Part shown: positions 36,714 through 50,659 of the stretch, piece by piece
Position numbering within the stretch: position 1 is the first letter of the stretch
How the letters are laid out: each line of letters begins with the position of its first letter
Origin: Antedon mediterranea
Lineage: Eukaryota > Animalia > Echinodermata
Direction of reading: 5' to 3'
DNA length: 64,000 bases
Assembly: GCF_964355755.1 (NCBI RefSeq)
Contig: NC_092680.1
Span: forward strand, 9,982,001 to 10,046,000
Translations under genes and position numbers: made by a program
Notes under the pieces: generated by a model
The model's database searches: none
Seen by the model: the letters and a program-made list of their open reading frames with translations, nothing else
Told to the model about the DNA's origin: nothing

Positions 36714-37924
36714 ATAAACTAAAATAAGCGGGCCCAGGATCGAGCCCCGCGGCGGAACGCCCAATGGGCGCGTTTATACAACACGCTATTACACGCATAT
36801 TCTACACGCCTACGAGAAGTGTGTTGTATAACAACAAAGAGATTCCGTGTAATGAGATTTTAATTGCAAAAAAGGCTACTTGGCTGAATCCTAACCTAAA
36901 ATTTGGTGGATTCCCGGTCGCCGTTACCGTGTTGGAAGTGTCCTCAGGGTATATTTTGACCGCTCGTTAAAACAGGTCGTAATATCAATCATGTCATGCG
37001 ACGTCTAACAAGATTGGGCCCATTTATTGCTGCTTCGCTGCCAGTAATCATCCTCCTACCACGTCTTACGCCTAGCCTGGTTGGGCCAACTCGTAGTGGT
37101 AGTAGGCCTCTCTCTAGACTATCGTTTCCCACTCCAAACAGAATAAAAAATAACATCGCAAAAATGGCATCTTCTTCCATAGTGTATAGATGAAACAATG
37201 AAACCCTTAAAATAACTTTTATTAATTTAAATGAACCGAGAACAAAATAAACACCAATGCAAACGTGAACAAACACAATAATGAAAATGGTAAAAACCGC
37301 CCGAATACATCGGACAGCGAGGAGGCGACGATGATTGTTGACAACCCAGCCAACAATTCAATTCAAGCGATCAACGATTTGACCTTTTATCCTAGCATGC
37401 ACTGCGTGTTGATGAAACTTCCGGTACAACACGGTATCGTGATTTCTAAGGGTCTGTTTCTGCTGCATAACGCAATTTAACCGGTTATTTTAAAATAGAT
37501 TAAAAATAGATAACAATAACAAGACCGCGTTTCTGCTCAATTTGTGCTCCGAAATAACCGGTTAAATCTATGGGTGGTCGTCGAGCAAAACGTCATCATT
37601 ACCCAAAATGCAATACACTCAGACGGAAGTAGAAGTTGGCTGTTTGTTTACATCGACGTCGTGAGTACACACGTGTGTATTATATCGCCGAACATCTCAC
37701 TCAAACATGTTAAAAAAATAAAATGTTGTCTCCAGGTCTACAAGTTTTGTTTTTTGTAAAGCCTACTTACATCGCTAATAAAATTAATTCTCATGGCGCC
37801 TTCAATAACATGATGGGGAGGTCGTGCAGCGCCCGATCGCCTAAACTAGGATAATTTTTATCCTCAACAAAGGCGATGACATACGGCCCTTCCCACGTGA
37901 ACGACTGTTGTCTTTCGCGAGCGC

Positions 37925-38546
37925 GGTCCTACAAAACACCAAACGGAAACAAAAACGAGACTCAGAATGTTGCAATACTTACCAAACGAAAGTAGATAAT
38001 TGTTAAATAATTATGAAAACCCAACTTTTATAGCAAAAATCGTCCGAATTTATGTTAAAAACGATGAGTTTAGCCACAAAAACTTAAATCAAACGAGAGT
38101 ATCCAAGTCATAGAATATCGCACGCATATAGTGCCTTTAATAAAATAATGAGTATTGAACATTATTTCGTATATTTATGTACTAACATAAATAATAACAC
38201 ATTTCTATGCTTAATAAAATCATATTTAATATATTATCAAAGGCTCTGATTACCTTTGTTTTCGGTCGATGTGATGTTTTTCTAAAAAATTATAGTATGT
38301 AAAACGATCAAAGTAAGAATGTTCATTGTTCTCCTATTAAAGAAGGCACTAAGGGCATGCCATAAATACGCTCGTTTGGATTAAGTTTTTGTTGCTAAAT
38401 TCATCGTTTATAACATAAATTCGGATGATTTTTGCTATAAAATTTGGGTTTTCATAATTAATTAACCATTATCTACTATCGTTTGGTAGGTATTTGCAAC
38501 ATTCTGAGTTCCTTTTGTTTCCGTTTTGGTGTTTATATAGGGGACC
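37925..38546. mobile_element. MITE with ~175-bp diverged TIRs
   Basis: ~37925-38102 is the reverse complement of ~38366-38546. Confidence 0.75.
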
Positions 38547-38809
38547 ATCCATATCTTTCGCGAGCGTGTACTAACGCCTCAAATTGCTTAGCTTGGGTAG
38601 TCCCCGGAACTCCACCCCAAACTCCTCTTTTACTTTCGCAAAAATGCTCTTATTTATTATCTGTGATTCTTTTCTATTCCCTGCCATCCTTCCCCGTACT
38701 TTCTCTCCCCCCACAACTGAATAACATATCTTGTGATTTCATTCATCCACATACATGTTCCCCAGTGGGCAAAAATTGGTTGAATTAACGTTAATTCAAC
38801 GTTATCTGC

Positions 38810-39360
38810 AAACGTTGAAATAACGTTGAAAAAGTGGTTGAAAATGAAAGTTTGCCTCAACGTAAATGTCAACGTTGAATCAACATAGAAATTATCAACG
38901 TTGAAACAACGTTAAAATAAGTAACGTTGAAATAACGTTGAAAAAATGGTTGAAAATGAAAGTTTGCCTCAACGTAAATGTCAACGTTGAATCAACATAG
39001 AAACTATCAACGTTGAAACAACGTTAAAATAAGTAACGTTGAAATAACGTTGAAAAAATGGTTGAAAATGAAAGTTTGCCTCAACTTAAATGTCAACGTT
39101 GAATCAACATAGAAATTATCAACGTTGAAACAACGTTAAAATAGGTAACGTTGAAATAACGTTGAAAAAATGGTTGAAAATGAAAGTTTGCCTCAACGTA
39201 AATGTCAACGTTGAATCAACATAGAAATTATCAACGTTGAAACAACGTTAAAATAGGTAACGTTGAAATAACGTTGAAAATGAAAGTTTGCCTCAACAAA
39301 AATGTCAACGTTGATTCAACATAGATTATCAACGTTGAAACAACGTAAAAATGTCTACGT
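38810..39360 (+). repeat. 112-bp tandem repeat (~5 copies) rich in CAACGTTG
   Basis: GTTGAAAATGAAAGTTTGCC recurs at 38837, 38949, 39061, 39173. Confidence 0.92.
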
Positions 39361-40510
39361 TGAAATTATCAATGTTGATTCAATGTTGACATTATTAACG
39401 TTGAAACAACGTAATAATTAAGTTGAAATGAAAATTTTCATCAACGTAAATTTAAACATAGATTTAACGTTGAAATTTGATTTGTTGAATTACTATATCC
39501 AATTTGAATCAACGGTTTTAAAGTAGTTAGTAGTAAAGTTACTGTTACATCGCAGAATCCATCAATAGAGACATTTTATAAATACTGTATATCTTACTAA
39601 TCTTTAATTTCTATAAAAACATAAAATAACATTTAATCAGGTGTTATCAAATCATCAGGCAAAATCCAAGCAACAATCAAATAATGTACATCCTCACTGA
39701 CAGTTCTCAGGTACCAATGTTAAGTATAAAAAATATACTAATAACCAGTTTGTAATATGTTTGCCAACTAACATGATTGAATAACTATAAATATTGGCTG
39801 ATTACAGTAAAACACAATAAATACAACACACGTCACAGGTGCCTTGTGCTAATGTTGCAGAAGTCCAAATGATGGTAATAACACAATACTGTAATTGCAT
39901 TGTTCCGATTAGTCAATAAACAGTTGCCTCGATTCCTGTGTTGACATTGTCCTATGCTTTCCAAAAGTGTGGCAATATTATTTTTCCAAACCTGAAACAA
40001 ATTCAATCAAGTTACTGTAGTTTTAAACAAAAATAATACAGTAAAAAATTAATTGTTGAAAGATTTATTGTCCCCAAAAAACATGAACAATGAAGATTAA
40101 TACAATCATACTTCGAATACCTTGCCATTTTGCAATTTTAACAATTTAGATATTCACTTGCCGTAGAAAATAAACAAAAACAATAAAGATTTCACTTAAC
40201 AAAAATACAAAATAAACAGTACATTTAACCAAAAACCAAAATTGTTTGTTTAAATTGTCCACCTTTTAAGGTACAAATGCATTTTTTAAAATCTAATTTT
40301 TGGTCAAAGTGAACAACTCTATAGTGACGGCATATTCAACAAAACATTTAAAAAAAAATTGTTCAGTTCAATTATATCTTTAACACATTGTTCAAAAATC
40401 ATACTGTACATAAACAAAAATTCAATTCAGAACATCATTTCACACTTACTCGTAAACTATGCAATCAATTCAATTTATGTAAATAATATTGCAACACTGT
40501 ATTAATATTT

Positions 40511-41496
40511 ACGCCGTGGTTAGGATTCCGGCAACGAAACTCAACTGCCCAGCGTTAGGGAATCCTACACGCTATTTCGCATGCCCAGAGCGAGGTATTC
40601 GGCGACTCTATTTTTGTCTACAACAGACCAAAGCGTGGTTCCCACTAGCGACGCAACACAAGGACGTAACGCAACGCAAGTAAATTGACCAATCACAAGC
40701 GATGGCTTATTCGCTTGTGATTGCTAACTGTCTATAACTTCGCTTGTCATTGGTTAAAACGCTTGCGTTGCGTTTACGTCCTTGCGTTACGTTCTAGTGG
40801 GAACCAAGCTTTACAGCGATGGATCATTTTAATAGCTGCGCCACGGCGAACTAGCGGCCTACATGCCTACTAATACTAGTAGGCCTACCAGCTAGATGTG
40901 ACCATTGGGCCTATTTATTTCGTAATTAAATTTGCTTCATTCATATATAAACTTTATATATTTATGAATTATAATTGCATGACTAGTTTTAATTTTTATG
41001 ATTTTTCAAGTACAAAATAAAAGATTTCATATAACGCATTTATACTGTACATAACATCATGCAATCGTATACAAGTTGATTTGTTGACAGCAGCCGCCGT
41101 GCGGATGTGAAAAAATAAAACAGACCTATTCGGGAGAAGTCGGTGTCGCAACGCTACGCTATTCATTTTCGTACATTTCTTGAAATATGCAAGCTGATTC
41201 TTATCAATATCATAATAATTATTTTAACGCGTGGCATAATTATTAATTCATGTATGGCCTAGGCCAAGTTTCATCCATCGCTCTCTCCCCCGCGCGACGA
41301 CTAACTAGGCCACAGCAAAGATATCTTTGGCTACACAGTACATCCCTAGTTAACACTCCGACTCTCGGGTAATGTGGTGCGCGGTCTGTGGCACTAGTGC
41401 AAGCTATAATTACTTCGCTCTGGGCATGCGCAATAGCGTGTCGGATTCCCTAACGATGGGAAGTTGAGTTGCGGTGCCGGAATCCTAACCACGGCG
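40511..41496. mobile_element. TIR element (~85-bp TIRs) with apparent AATATTT duplication
   Basis: ACGCCGTGGTTAGGATTCCGGCA / TGCCGGAATCCTAACCACGGCGT; AATATTT immediately on both sides. Confidence 0.8.
40630..40812. mobile_element. Small Harbinger-like MITE; relatives at ~57275-57410 and ~59588-59725
   Basis: TGGTTCCCACTAG...CTAGTGGGAACCAAGCTT termini shared by the three copies. Confidence 0.7.
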
Positions 41497-42829
41497 TAAT
41501 ATTTATTCAATTCAATATTAAAGTTAAGAACTATAAATACCAACCTTTTGTATATAAAAATATTGATCATCCATTAGATTTTTCTCGTTTGATTCACATA
41601 GAAAAGATTATAGGCCTACATGTACTTCATTATTTTGTACTCTAGCTAGGCATAGGCCTAAGGGCCTTAGCTAGGCCTACAATCTGAAATAAAGAAAGCG
41701 AGTAAGTTTAACAAATAGCCGTCCTAGGCTAGGCAAGCAACATGTGTTTGTATACTATTAACACTAATAATAGCATTAGCAGCTACTGTAGACAGCCTAG
41801 CAGAAAGCTAGCTAGGCTAGGCCAACTAATTAAATATTATAATGTTATATTTATGTATACTTTTGGATAAATAAAGAAAGTATTATTGAACTAAAAGGCC
41901 TAGCCTAGGCCTAATACATACCATTTTATAACCATAAAGTACAGAACTGTAGTTATCCTTGGCAAGGCAAATGTTTGCACTTGACATGCATAATACTAAA
42001 TGCTTCCACTAGGCCTAGTGAGTGAATTCAGTTCATCAGTTTGGCAGCCTGCCTAGCCTACTAGCCTAGCCTATATAGGCCTAGGCCTAGCCTACCAGGC
42101 TATAGCCTAGCTATGCATGTGTGGCCTAGACTAGCTAGAGGCTAGCTATTGTTTGATAAGGGTAAAATAGTCAAGCTCAAAGCTTATAAATTAGTAGATT
42201 ACAAATAAAAAAGATTGTTTTCCTACCTCAAAACATACTTATTTGACAATTTCAATGATGAGCCTTTTTTTTCTACACACCACTACTACTGTAGGCCTAG
42301 CCTATGTCGAAGTAACTGAAATTACTGACACCAGTTTCAAAATTTTATCAAAACGAAACTAACCAATGACAAGCACGTATCTTATGAAATTTGATCTTGC
42401 ATGAAAGGATCATTCAATTTTCAACAACTTCTTAGAACATTTTTGTATTATACAGAGACAATTTGCCAATCTAAAATTCCTAAATAACCAATAATCATTT
42501 GTTTTACAATAAAGGATGATAAAATAAACCGCCAACTGAAATCTAATGTTAATTTAACGTTGAAACATCAATGGCAATGCACTTAAACAATTATTTAATA
42601 TTAAACGTTAAAAACATGTCATTTTAACCAAAGTATTAAATAGAATTTATCTTTAATTTAACGTTTAATTAACATTGAAAAAAAAAATAATAATTGTTTG
42701 AAAAAACAACATAATTTCAAGAGTTTTTCAACGTTGAAAACATGTCATTTGAAAATGACAACTGGATTTCAACGTTAAAATAACGTTGGAATAACATTGA
42801 AAAACAAAAATAATAACTGTTTGAAAAAA

Positions 42830-44590
42830 ATTACTAGTTAGAAATACAATGTTATTTCAACGTTGGATCAACATTGATAAATTAACGTAAATTACTAGTT
42901 AGAAAGACAATGTTATTTCAACGTTGGATCAACATTGATAAATTAACGTAAATTTCTAGTTAAAAATACAATGTTATTGCAACGTTGGATCAACATTGAT
43001 AAATTAATGTAAATTTCTTGTTAAAAATACAATGTTATTTCAACGTTGGATCAACATTGATAAATTAACGTAAATTTCTAGATATAAAGACAATGTTATT
43101 TCAACGTTGTATCAACATTGATAAATTAACGTAAATTACTAGTTAGAAAGACAATGTTATTTCAACGTTGGATCAACATTAATAAATTAACGTAAATTTC
43201 TAGTTAAAAATACAATGTTATTTCAACGTTGGATCAACATTAATAAATTCACGTAAATTTCTAGTTAAAAATACAATGTTATTTCAACGTTGGATCAACA
43301 TTGATAAATTAACGTAAATTATTAATTAAAAATACAATGTTATTTCAAGGTTGGATCAACATTGATAAATTAACGTAAATTACTAGTTAAAATACAATGT
43401 TATTTCAACGTTGGATCAACATTGATAAATTAACGTAAATTTCTAGTTAAAAATACTATGTGATTTTAACGTTGGATCAACATTGATAAATTAACGTAAA
43501 TTACTAGTTAAAAATACAATGTTATTTCAACGTTGGATCAACATTGATAAATTAACGTAAATTTCTAGTTAAAAATACTATGTGATTTTAACGTTGGATC
43601 AACATTGATAAATTAACGTAAATTACTAGTTAGAAAGACAATGTTATTTCAACGTTGGATCAACAATGATAAATTAACTTAAATTACTAGTTAAAAAGAC
43701 AATGTTATTTCAACGTTGGATTAACATTCATAAAGTAACGTAAATTTCTAGTTAAAAATACAATGTTATTTCAACGTTGGATCAACATTAATAAATTAAC
43801 GTAAATTTCTAGTTTAAAATACATTGTTATTTCAACGTTGGATCAACATTGATAAATTAACGTAAATTACTAGTTAAAAATACAATGTTATTTCAACGTT
43901 GGATCAACATTGATAAATTAACGTAAATTACTAGTTAAAAATACAATGTTTTTTCAACTTTGGATCAACATTGATAAATTAACGTAAATTTCGAGTTAAA
44001 AATACAATGTGATTTTAACGTTGGATCAACATTGATAAATTAACGTAAATTTCTAGTTAAAAATACAATGTTATTTCAACGTTGGATCAACATTGACAAA
44101 TTAACGTAAATTACTAGTTAGAAAGACAATGTTATTTCAACGTTAAATCAACATTGATAAATTAACGTAAATTACTAGTTAGAAGGACAATGTTATTTTA
44201 ACGTTGGATCAACATTGATAAATTAACGTAAATTTCTAGTTAAAAATACAATGTTATTTCAACGTTGAATCAACATTTATAAATTAACGTAAAACATTTG
44301 TTTTAAAAACAATGTTATTTCAACGTTGGATCAACATTGATAAATTAACGTAAAACATTTGTTAGAAAGACAATGTTATTTCAACGTTAAACCAACATTT
44401 ATTAATTAACATAAATTACTAGTTAAAAAGAAAATGTTATTTCAACGTTGATTCAATGTTTATTACTAAACGTAAAAAAAATAGTTAGGGAAAAAATGTT
44501 ATTTCAACGTTGATTCAACATTTGAAAAACGCTGACAACATGATTTCAACAAATAAACTATATTTCAACGTTGATTCAACGTTGAAATTA
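42830..44590 (+). repeat. 61-bp satellite (~29 copies)
   Basis: Unit AAAATACAATGTTATTTCAACGTTGGATCAACATTGATAAATTAACGTAAATTACTAGTTA; period measured at 42847/42908/42969/43030. Confidence 0.95.
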
Positions 44591-45000
44591 TGTTCTGTGC
44601 CCACTGGGTCACTTCTTCGTTCGACTGTCAAAACCACGAGGAAAACACACACATCGTATGCGACGGTATCTGACCCGGGGTCACAACTGTCAATCAAATA
44701 ACCGTTATTTCGTGTTGCAGCTAAGAATTGCTAAGCGATAACCGGTTAAACGGCGTTCTAACACCGATTTAAATTGGTGTTTTTAACCGGTTATTTTGCG
44801 CTGCCTTTTAACCGGTTACCACAAATGTGTCCTGTTTCTGCTGCCAAGAAAATGGAGTTAATTTATTCACACTGATTTTAATTTATTCACACCGATTTTA
44901 ACCGGTTATTTTCTATGCAGCAGAAACAGGCCCTAGTATAACATTAACAGCAAACGTTAAGGTGGGTTGACCTCGGTCCGAACAACACGCTAAAAATTAA

Positions 45001-48000
45001 AGTTGTATTGTCCCCCAAAACATGAAAAATAAAGATGAAAAAAATCAAATTTTGAATAGACCATTTTGTAGTTATAATAAAGTTATTCACTTTCGCCGAA
45101 AAAAAATCCGGAAAAAATATTGATTTCGCTTATAAAAAATCAAAATAAGTTTACCCTTTTTTCGAACTCATAAGTTCAGAAATTCCAAAATAACGATGGT
45201 TAGCTAACAGCTCATAAATATGCATGATATGTTAATGAGTATCCAAACAGGGGGGAGATCCGATCTGTTCACCACGTAAACATGTGCGAAGAAAGTGCTG
45301 TGCTGGGGTACGGTTTCCCTGATCGTATGATGTAAAAAGCTGTGCCGTTAATTTGCTGGTAAGTAGAATTCTATTTTAGATGAATGACACATCCTCCTGT
45401 ATAATAGTTTTTGGCGTATAGTTATAGGCTTAGCTATCTAGGCTAGGGCTATAATATAAGCCTACTTCTACTATCTAGTAGGGCCTAGGCCTAGTTAGTA
45501 CTGTAGTTTACTGCTGTGTAGTGTAGTGTAGCAGCAGCTGTAGGCAGGCAGATAATCGGGTCAGAAAAGTAGACGGGAACCCACTTTGAGGCCTAGCTAG
45601 GTCCTATATATCGTACTCACCTAGCTAAGCCATCACTCCACAACTAGCTACAGGAAATAGGCCTACTATGTTGATGTACCACTGATATACATTTGGAGCT
45701 CGAATTAATTTTAAAGTCTAAAAAAAGACTAACTGATGACAAAAAACGAACATTTGGAAAATGATCAGCATACAGTACCAAGAAGTTGCCGGTAGAATAG
45801 ATTGTTGTTGATAGCAACCAAAACGAAAACACTAGTAATTAGACTAGGCCTTTTTTAGGGAGGAGATGCACTTTTCAGGGATTCCTTACTGTACATTAGT
45901 ACCCCAAATTGAAAACTTCAGATTCATGTACAGAAATAATAATTATATGTATGCAATAAATTGTGAAATATTTAACTTTTCTATTTGACTTTTGTATTTA
46001 TACATCATTGTTTTTCAATTTATAGACTTAAGCTAATGAAGACTGGAACAGCATTTTAAAGGCAACTGGCAGTAGACTCGGTAGTGGAACACAAGATAAA
46101 TATTGGATGACTATCATAAAGCATTAGGCAAATGTGTTGGTTGTTTTCCAGCTTTTAAAATGTTGTATAGTTTTCATAATTCGAGCAATAACATTTGTAT
46201 ACAGCATTAAATAAATAAAAAATACTACTACAGTACATGAGATAAAATCACCATAATTTTAATGTGTGAAGATTTACAGTACAGTACAGTAAAAAATGAG
46301 TTAATTACTAGTATATTTCATTGAATTTCTGCATTATTGTTGACAATTTATTTTCAACTATTAATTGATGTGTTGATTGTGGCATTACAGCAATAGCTTG
46401 TCTTCTGTGATTGTTCATCCATTTTAAAGTGTCATAGTAAGAAACGTTCAAATAAATATTGTGAATGTTGCTACCACATTTTGTGTTGATTTCTTCACCA
46501 TTTTCCACTACTTGCTCATATTGTTCATTCAAGTGTGTTAATACCTATTAAAAGAAAGACATTATTTATTAAAATATGTACATAAAAAGTTTAATTGTGT
46601 GAATGTTGGTTTGAACGTTATTGCTTTGGAAGAATTTTCAACATAACAGTACTAAGTACTGTAAAGTACACATTCCAAAAAATATTTAACTTAGATTATT
46701 TGGTCATTTTCTCTAAAATAATTACATTATTGGATGTACAGTATAGGCCTAGTTACAATTTTCACAAATTTATATTAGCATTAAAATCTAATTAATCATG
46801 AAGGAAAAACCAAGCACCATAATCTCTCCTGGCCCTGGTGGTGACCTTATTTTCTATTTTTGGCAGCCATTCACAAGTTTTCGCTTTTTGAGTTTCGCTG
46901 CTCTTATGTATAATTTTTTTTAATCACAAACTCTACATAGAAAAGAAAATTAAATGTTTTAAAATGAATGAAAAGTGATATGAATAATGATAAATTAAAG
47001 ACTATTATTAATATTATAGTATTATACTAAAAATAAGACGAGTTGGTGGTGTCGAAATTCACACAAGTCACAATAAAACCATGGAGGTATAAAATATTTT
47101 ATTTTTATACCTCCATGCTAAAACCTTATTCCTTACTCCATGCTCACAGATGAATGTTATAGGCCTAATCCTATTTAAAGCTAGGTTGGCAATAACTATT
47201 AATAAGGCTTACAAGTTGTATCTATTAGTATTAGCTAGGCCTGCTACTCACTCAGGGTGAACCCTCACTCAGGCCTACAACTAGGCCCAGTACGGTTTAC
47301 GATGAAATCGGTCGCGTGTGAAATCGGTCGCGTTTGAAATCGGTCGCGATAAAATCAACTTCCGGTATTTTGTATGGCGCGCCGCTAGAGCTATACGTTT
47401 GAAATCGGTCGCCCTTGAAATCGGTCGCGCTATTTTGTATGGAGCGAGATGCATGCTGGCGGGATTTACATTTTCTTCGTTTATATAGTCTAGATTTAAT
47501 TGATATTTTTTAGGAACCAGATTATTTATGTGGATATTTTTTATTTTGGTTAATAATATTTATTATCAATCATTTTTTTTTATTTCACAGGTCTCGAAGA
47601 AGGACCGTGTCTTTTCAAAATGGCCATTTCTAAACACGTTTAAATATTTTATTAGGCATATAATAATTTACCTCTATTTTATTATATGTACTGTAATTAA
47701 TATATTATACTGTATAGAGAATATACGTCTGTGTCTTTTAGTAATACAGTATTATGCAAACAATTACGTAAAAGAGAACAATTTATTTAAAAACAATAAA
47801 CGTTACAATGTATAACCCGTAAAGCCAGCGTATCCATTTTTATACTTATGCATAATGTGGCAGATATATCATATATTGGACCACCTTATTTTAATTTCTA
47901 TTTTATTTATGTCCGTACGCTATGTAGGATTAAGTAGAGGCCTATAATGATTATTGTTGAGGAAAATCACGTGTATATTTTTATTTCTAATGTTTAGGCC

Positions 48001-49821
48001 TAAAATAGTTTCTAGTAAAAATGATTATTATATGCGGGTCGTTAAAAGACGAGTTACTGAAATAAACCCCGAAATAGGCCATAACGTGGATGCGCCTTCT
48101 ATGATCGTGCAGACGACGTTAACTGCACGTTATTTTGCTGACGGGGATTCCCCTTAAAAAAACACGCACTAGTGTGTCAAATCATGGACAAAACACGTAC
48201 TACGATCGTTGTCCATGGCCATGTAAAGATGACGTATAGGCCTATTACTAACCATACGTTTGAAACATCTATATATAGGCCTCTGCACTGCACGTGTTTT
48301 TGTGAAACATAGTTCCATGGTGAAACGATGTATATAATTTACGTATATAGGCCTACGTCGGCGATACTATAGTTTTTAATTTGAATATTTCTTCATTTAT
48401 AATAATCACTTTAATGTAAATAATATAAGTACCACTCAGTGTCTCACATCCGTACGCCGTTCGTACATCTAAATGTTTAAAATATCAGTGCAAGATTACC
48501 TCTTTGAGAATCGTGCCCACCTTTTAATATCCATCCATTATTATTATCACATATAGGCCTATCATTGTACAGCATACTGCATAGTCATAGTATAGGCCCT
48601 GTAGATTGATTTATAACGGCATATTATTTTATTAGTATTATCCTAAAACCATGCTCACGTAAGAGTGGCGGAAATCGAACGTAAAAATCATCATCATACA
48701 TCATCTTCCTTTATTGCATAAACCTCATTGAGCTGGTATCCACTTGCAGATATAAAACTAGTTTCGTAATTAACTGCGATTAAAAAATACGCAATAGGCG
48801 CGTCTAATTGTTTAATATTAAATTATTTCAACATTATTAAAACTTTAAACAGTGGCATGTTAATCTTTTCAAAAACTTAAACAATATTCAATAACACTTT
48901 TTAAAACGATTTTCTAAACACATTACAATTATTCATTGACACCTGACGTAAGATAAAATGAAAACACAAATTATTTATAAATAATGAGATAATATTTATA
49001 TTTACTGTACTAAAAAAATAATAACGATCGAGGTAAAACAATTGTTAATAGTATTAGAAATTCTATATTCAAAATTAACTAAAAACATAATTAGCGTTTA
49101 CATTTAAAATGTATCTAGTGCGTCCCATGCAAAATAGCGCGACCGATTTCAAACGCGACCGATATCATTAAACGTATAGCTCTAGCGGCGCGCCATACAA
49201 AATGCCGGAAGTTGATTTTATCGCGACCGATTTCAAACGCGACCGATTTCAGACGCGACCGATTTCATCTGACACCCCCAGTACTACTACTACTACTAGA
49301 CTAGCTACTACTCTAGGCCTAGCCAATAGATAGGGGATAGTACACTAGATAGCCAGTACAGCTGTAATGGGCTAGCTAGGCTTCCTATACTAACTAACAA
49401 AGCTGCACCATAGAAACTACTACAGTTCTTACTTACCAATCTGCTAGGGCCTAGCCATAGTCTTTTCTTCAAGTAGGAGTTGTTTTTTTTGTTGTTAAAC
49501 TACAGAACTTTCCCACATCGTCGTCTCGCCATATCACGTCGTATTTTTTTTCTGATGACCTAGGGGTCACATACACGCACAAGAATCATACAATATGCAT
49601 AATTCATAAGCTAATTCAGGTCAAGGGTTAAATTAAACCGGAAGCCAGCTGGCTGCCAGCCAACCGACTTCCGGTTGACTATTTTTTACTTTAAATTACG
49701 ATTTTCTAAGGTAAATAATTTTTTTTTTGATCCAATTTTTTTTCAAAGTGAATAACTTTTATGTATCATTAAAATGGCTTTAAAAAAAAAAAATTTTTTT
49801 GTTCAGGGGGACAATACATCT
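45001..49821. mobile_element. Kolobok-type non-autonomous element
   Basis: TTAA|AGTTGTATTGTCCCCC ... GGGGGACAATACATCT|TTAA; related end fragment at ~40060-40170. Confidence 0.7.
47294..49276. mobile_element. TIR element with 8-bp TSD CCCAGTAC, nested in the Kolobok-type element
   Basis: GG...CC ends, ~145-bp TIRs built of GAAATCGGTCGCG repeats; CCCAGTAC at 47286-47293 and 49277-49284. Confidence 0.85.
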
Positions 49822-49854
49822 TTAAAGCCGTGTTCAAATTTAGGGTGTTGTATA

Positions 49855-50165
49855 AACACGACCTAACACAGGGAGCCAATCAGATGTCTCTCCCCCAATG
49901 AAAACACGCTGTTGTTGTCTATTAGTTAAATAGCGTTTGAACCAGGGAGTTGTCCCTGGTTTGAACCATCTTAAAAGTGAACCGGATAAACCAAATTTTG
50001 AAAGTTTAAAAATAATCAAATCATGAGAAACGAAACCAAAAGTCTTAGAGAAATCGCTGTAAATCACATCGCATTGCTTGCTGTTAGTTGCATCGTTTGC
50101 TGTAGCAAGAAGCAGTGCGAGGTTGGTTTGACATAATCTCCCCGAGACAAATCCATGCTGCCTAT
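49855..50165 (-). pseudogene. CR1-type RT fragment
   Basis: QHGFVSGRLCQTNL...DVIYSDFSKTFGFVSHDLIIFKL..YLTNRQQQRV; degenerate. Confidence 0.8.
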
Positions 50166-50659
50166 AGGATTTAAATAGTCCATGGGATTTAGACTTTTAA
50201 CTCACACAAATTGCAAGAAAAGGTTTTTTTGATGAAATGTGTTCTTTAGACCCTACTGAACACATTATCAACGTTAGGACATTTTTCGACAACGGGAAGT
50301 AACCTAATTTGCATAATTAAAAATGGCCGCCATTTTTAATAACGTACTCTGTATCTTGGAAACCGGAGCAGAATGAGGGTTGCTACTCCAATTAATTTTG
50401 GGTATAGTCCGGTGGCAGGAGGGGGGAATCACCACCCGAAAGGGGACAAATTGCCATGCAACTTTTCTAGACTAGAATTTTCCGTAGATTACGAATATGG
50501 AAGGTAATCGATAAGGATAGGAAGCGTTTTCGAGATATAAGGGGTCAAAGTTCAAAATTGACCAATTACAACAATGTATTATGTATATGTATTATAACAA
50601 ATTTATTGAAGCACAATTTGGTCTTTTATTACATTTTTATGATTATAAGTGTCTATTCA

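Larger units (their letters stand above)
38761..44608. mobile_element. Non-autonomous CACTA/EnSpm-type element with sub-terminal satellite arrays
   Basis: CCCAGTGGGCA / TGCCCACTGGG termini with 2-bp TSD TC; 112-bp x ~5 array on the left and 61-bp x ~29 array on the right. Confidence 0.85.
37450..44933. mobile_element. PIF/Harbinger-type TIR element enlarged by nested insertions
   Basis: GGGTCTGTTTCTGCTGCATA / TATGCAGCAGAAACAGGCCC; TAA/TAG flanks; TAACCGGTTA sub-terminal motifs at both ends. Confidence 0.65.

Noticed and set aside
36989-37276. 95-aa ORF with hydrophobic start and Arg-rich tail
   Set aside because: No recognisable domain or exon structure; lies among TE remnants
42830-44590. 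Regular repeat array resembling a CRISPR locus
   Set aside because: Head-to-tail 61-bp units with no unique spacers, eukaryotic context, no cas genes
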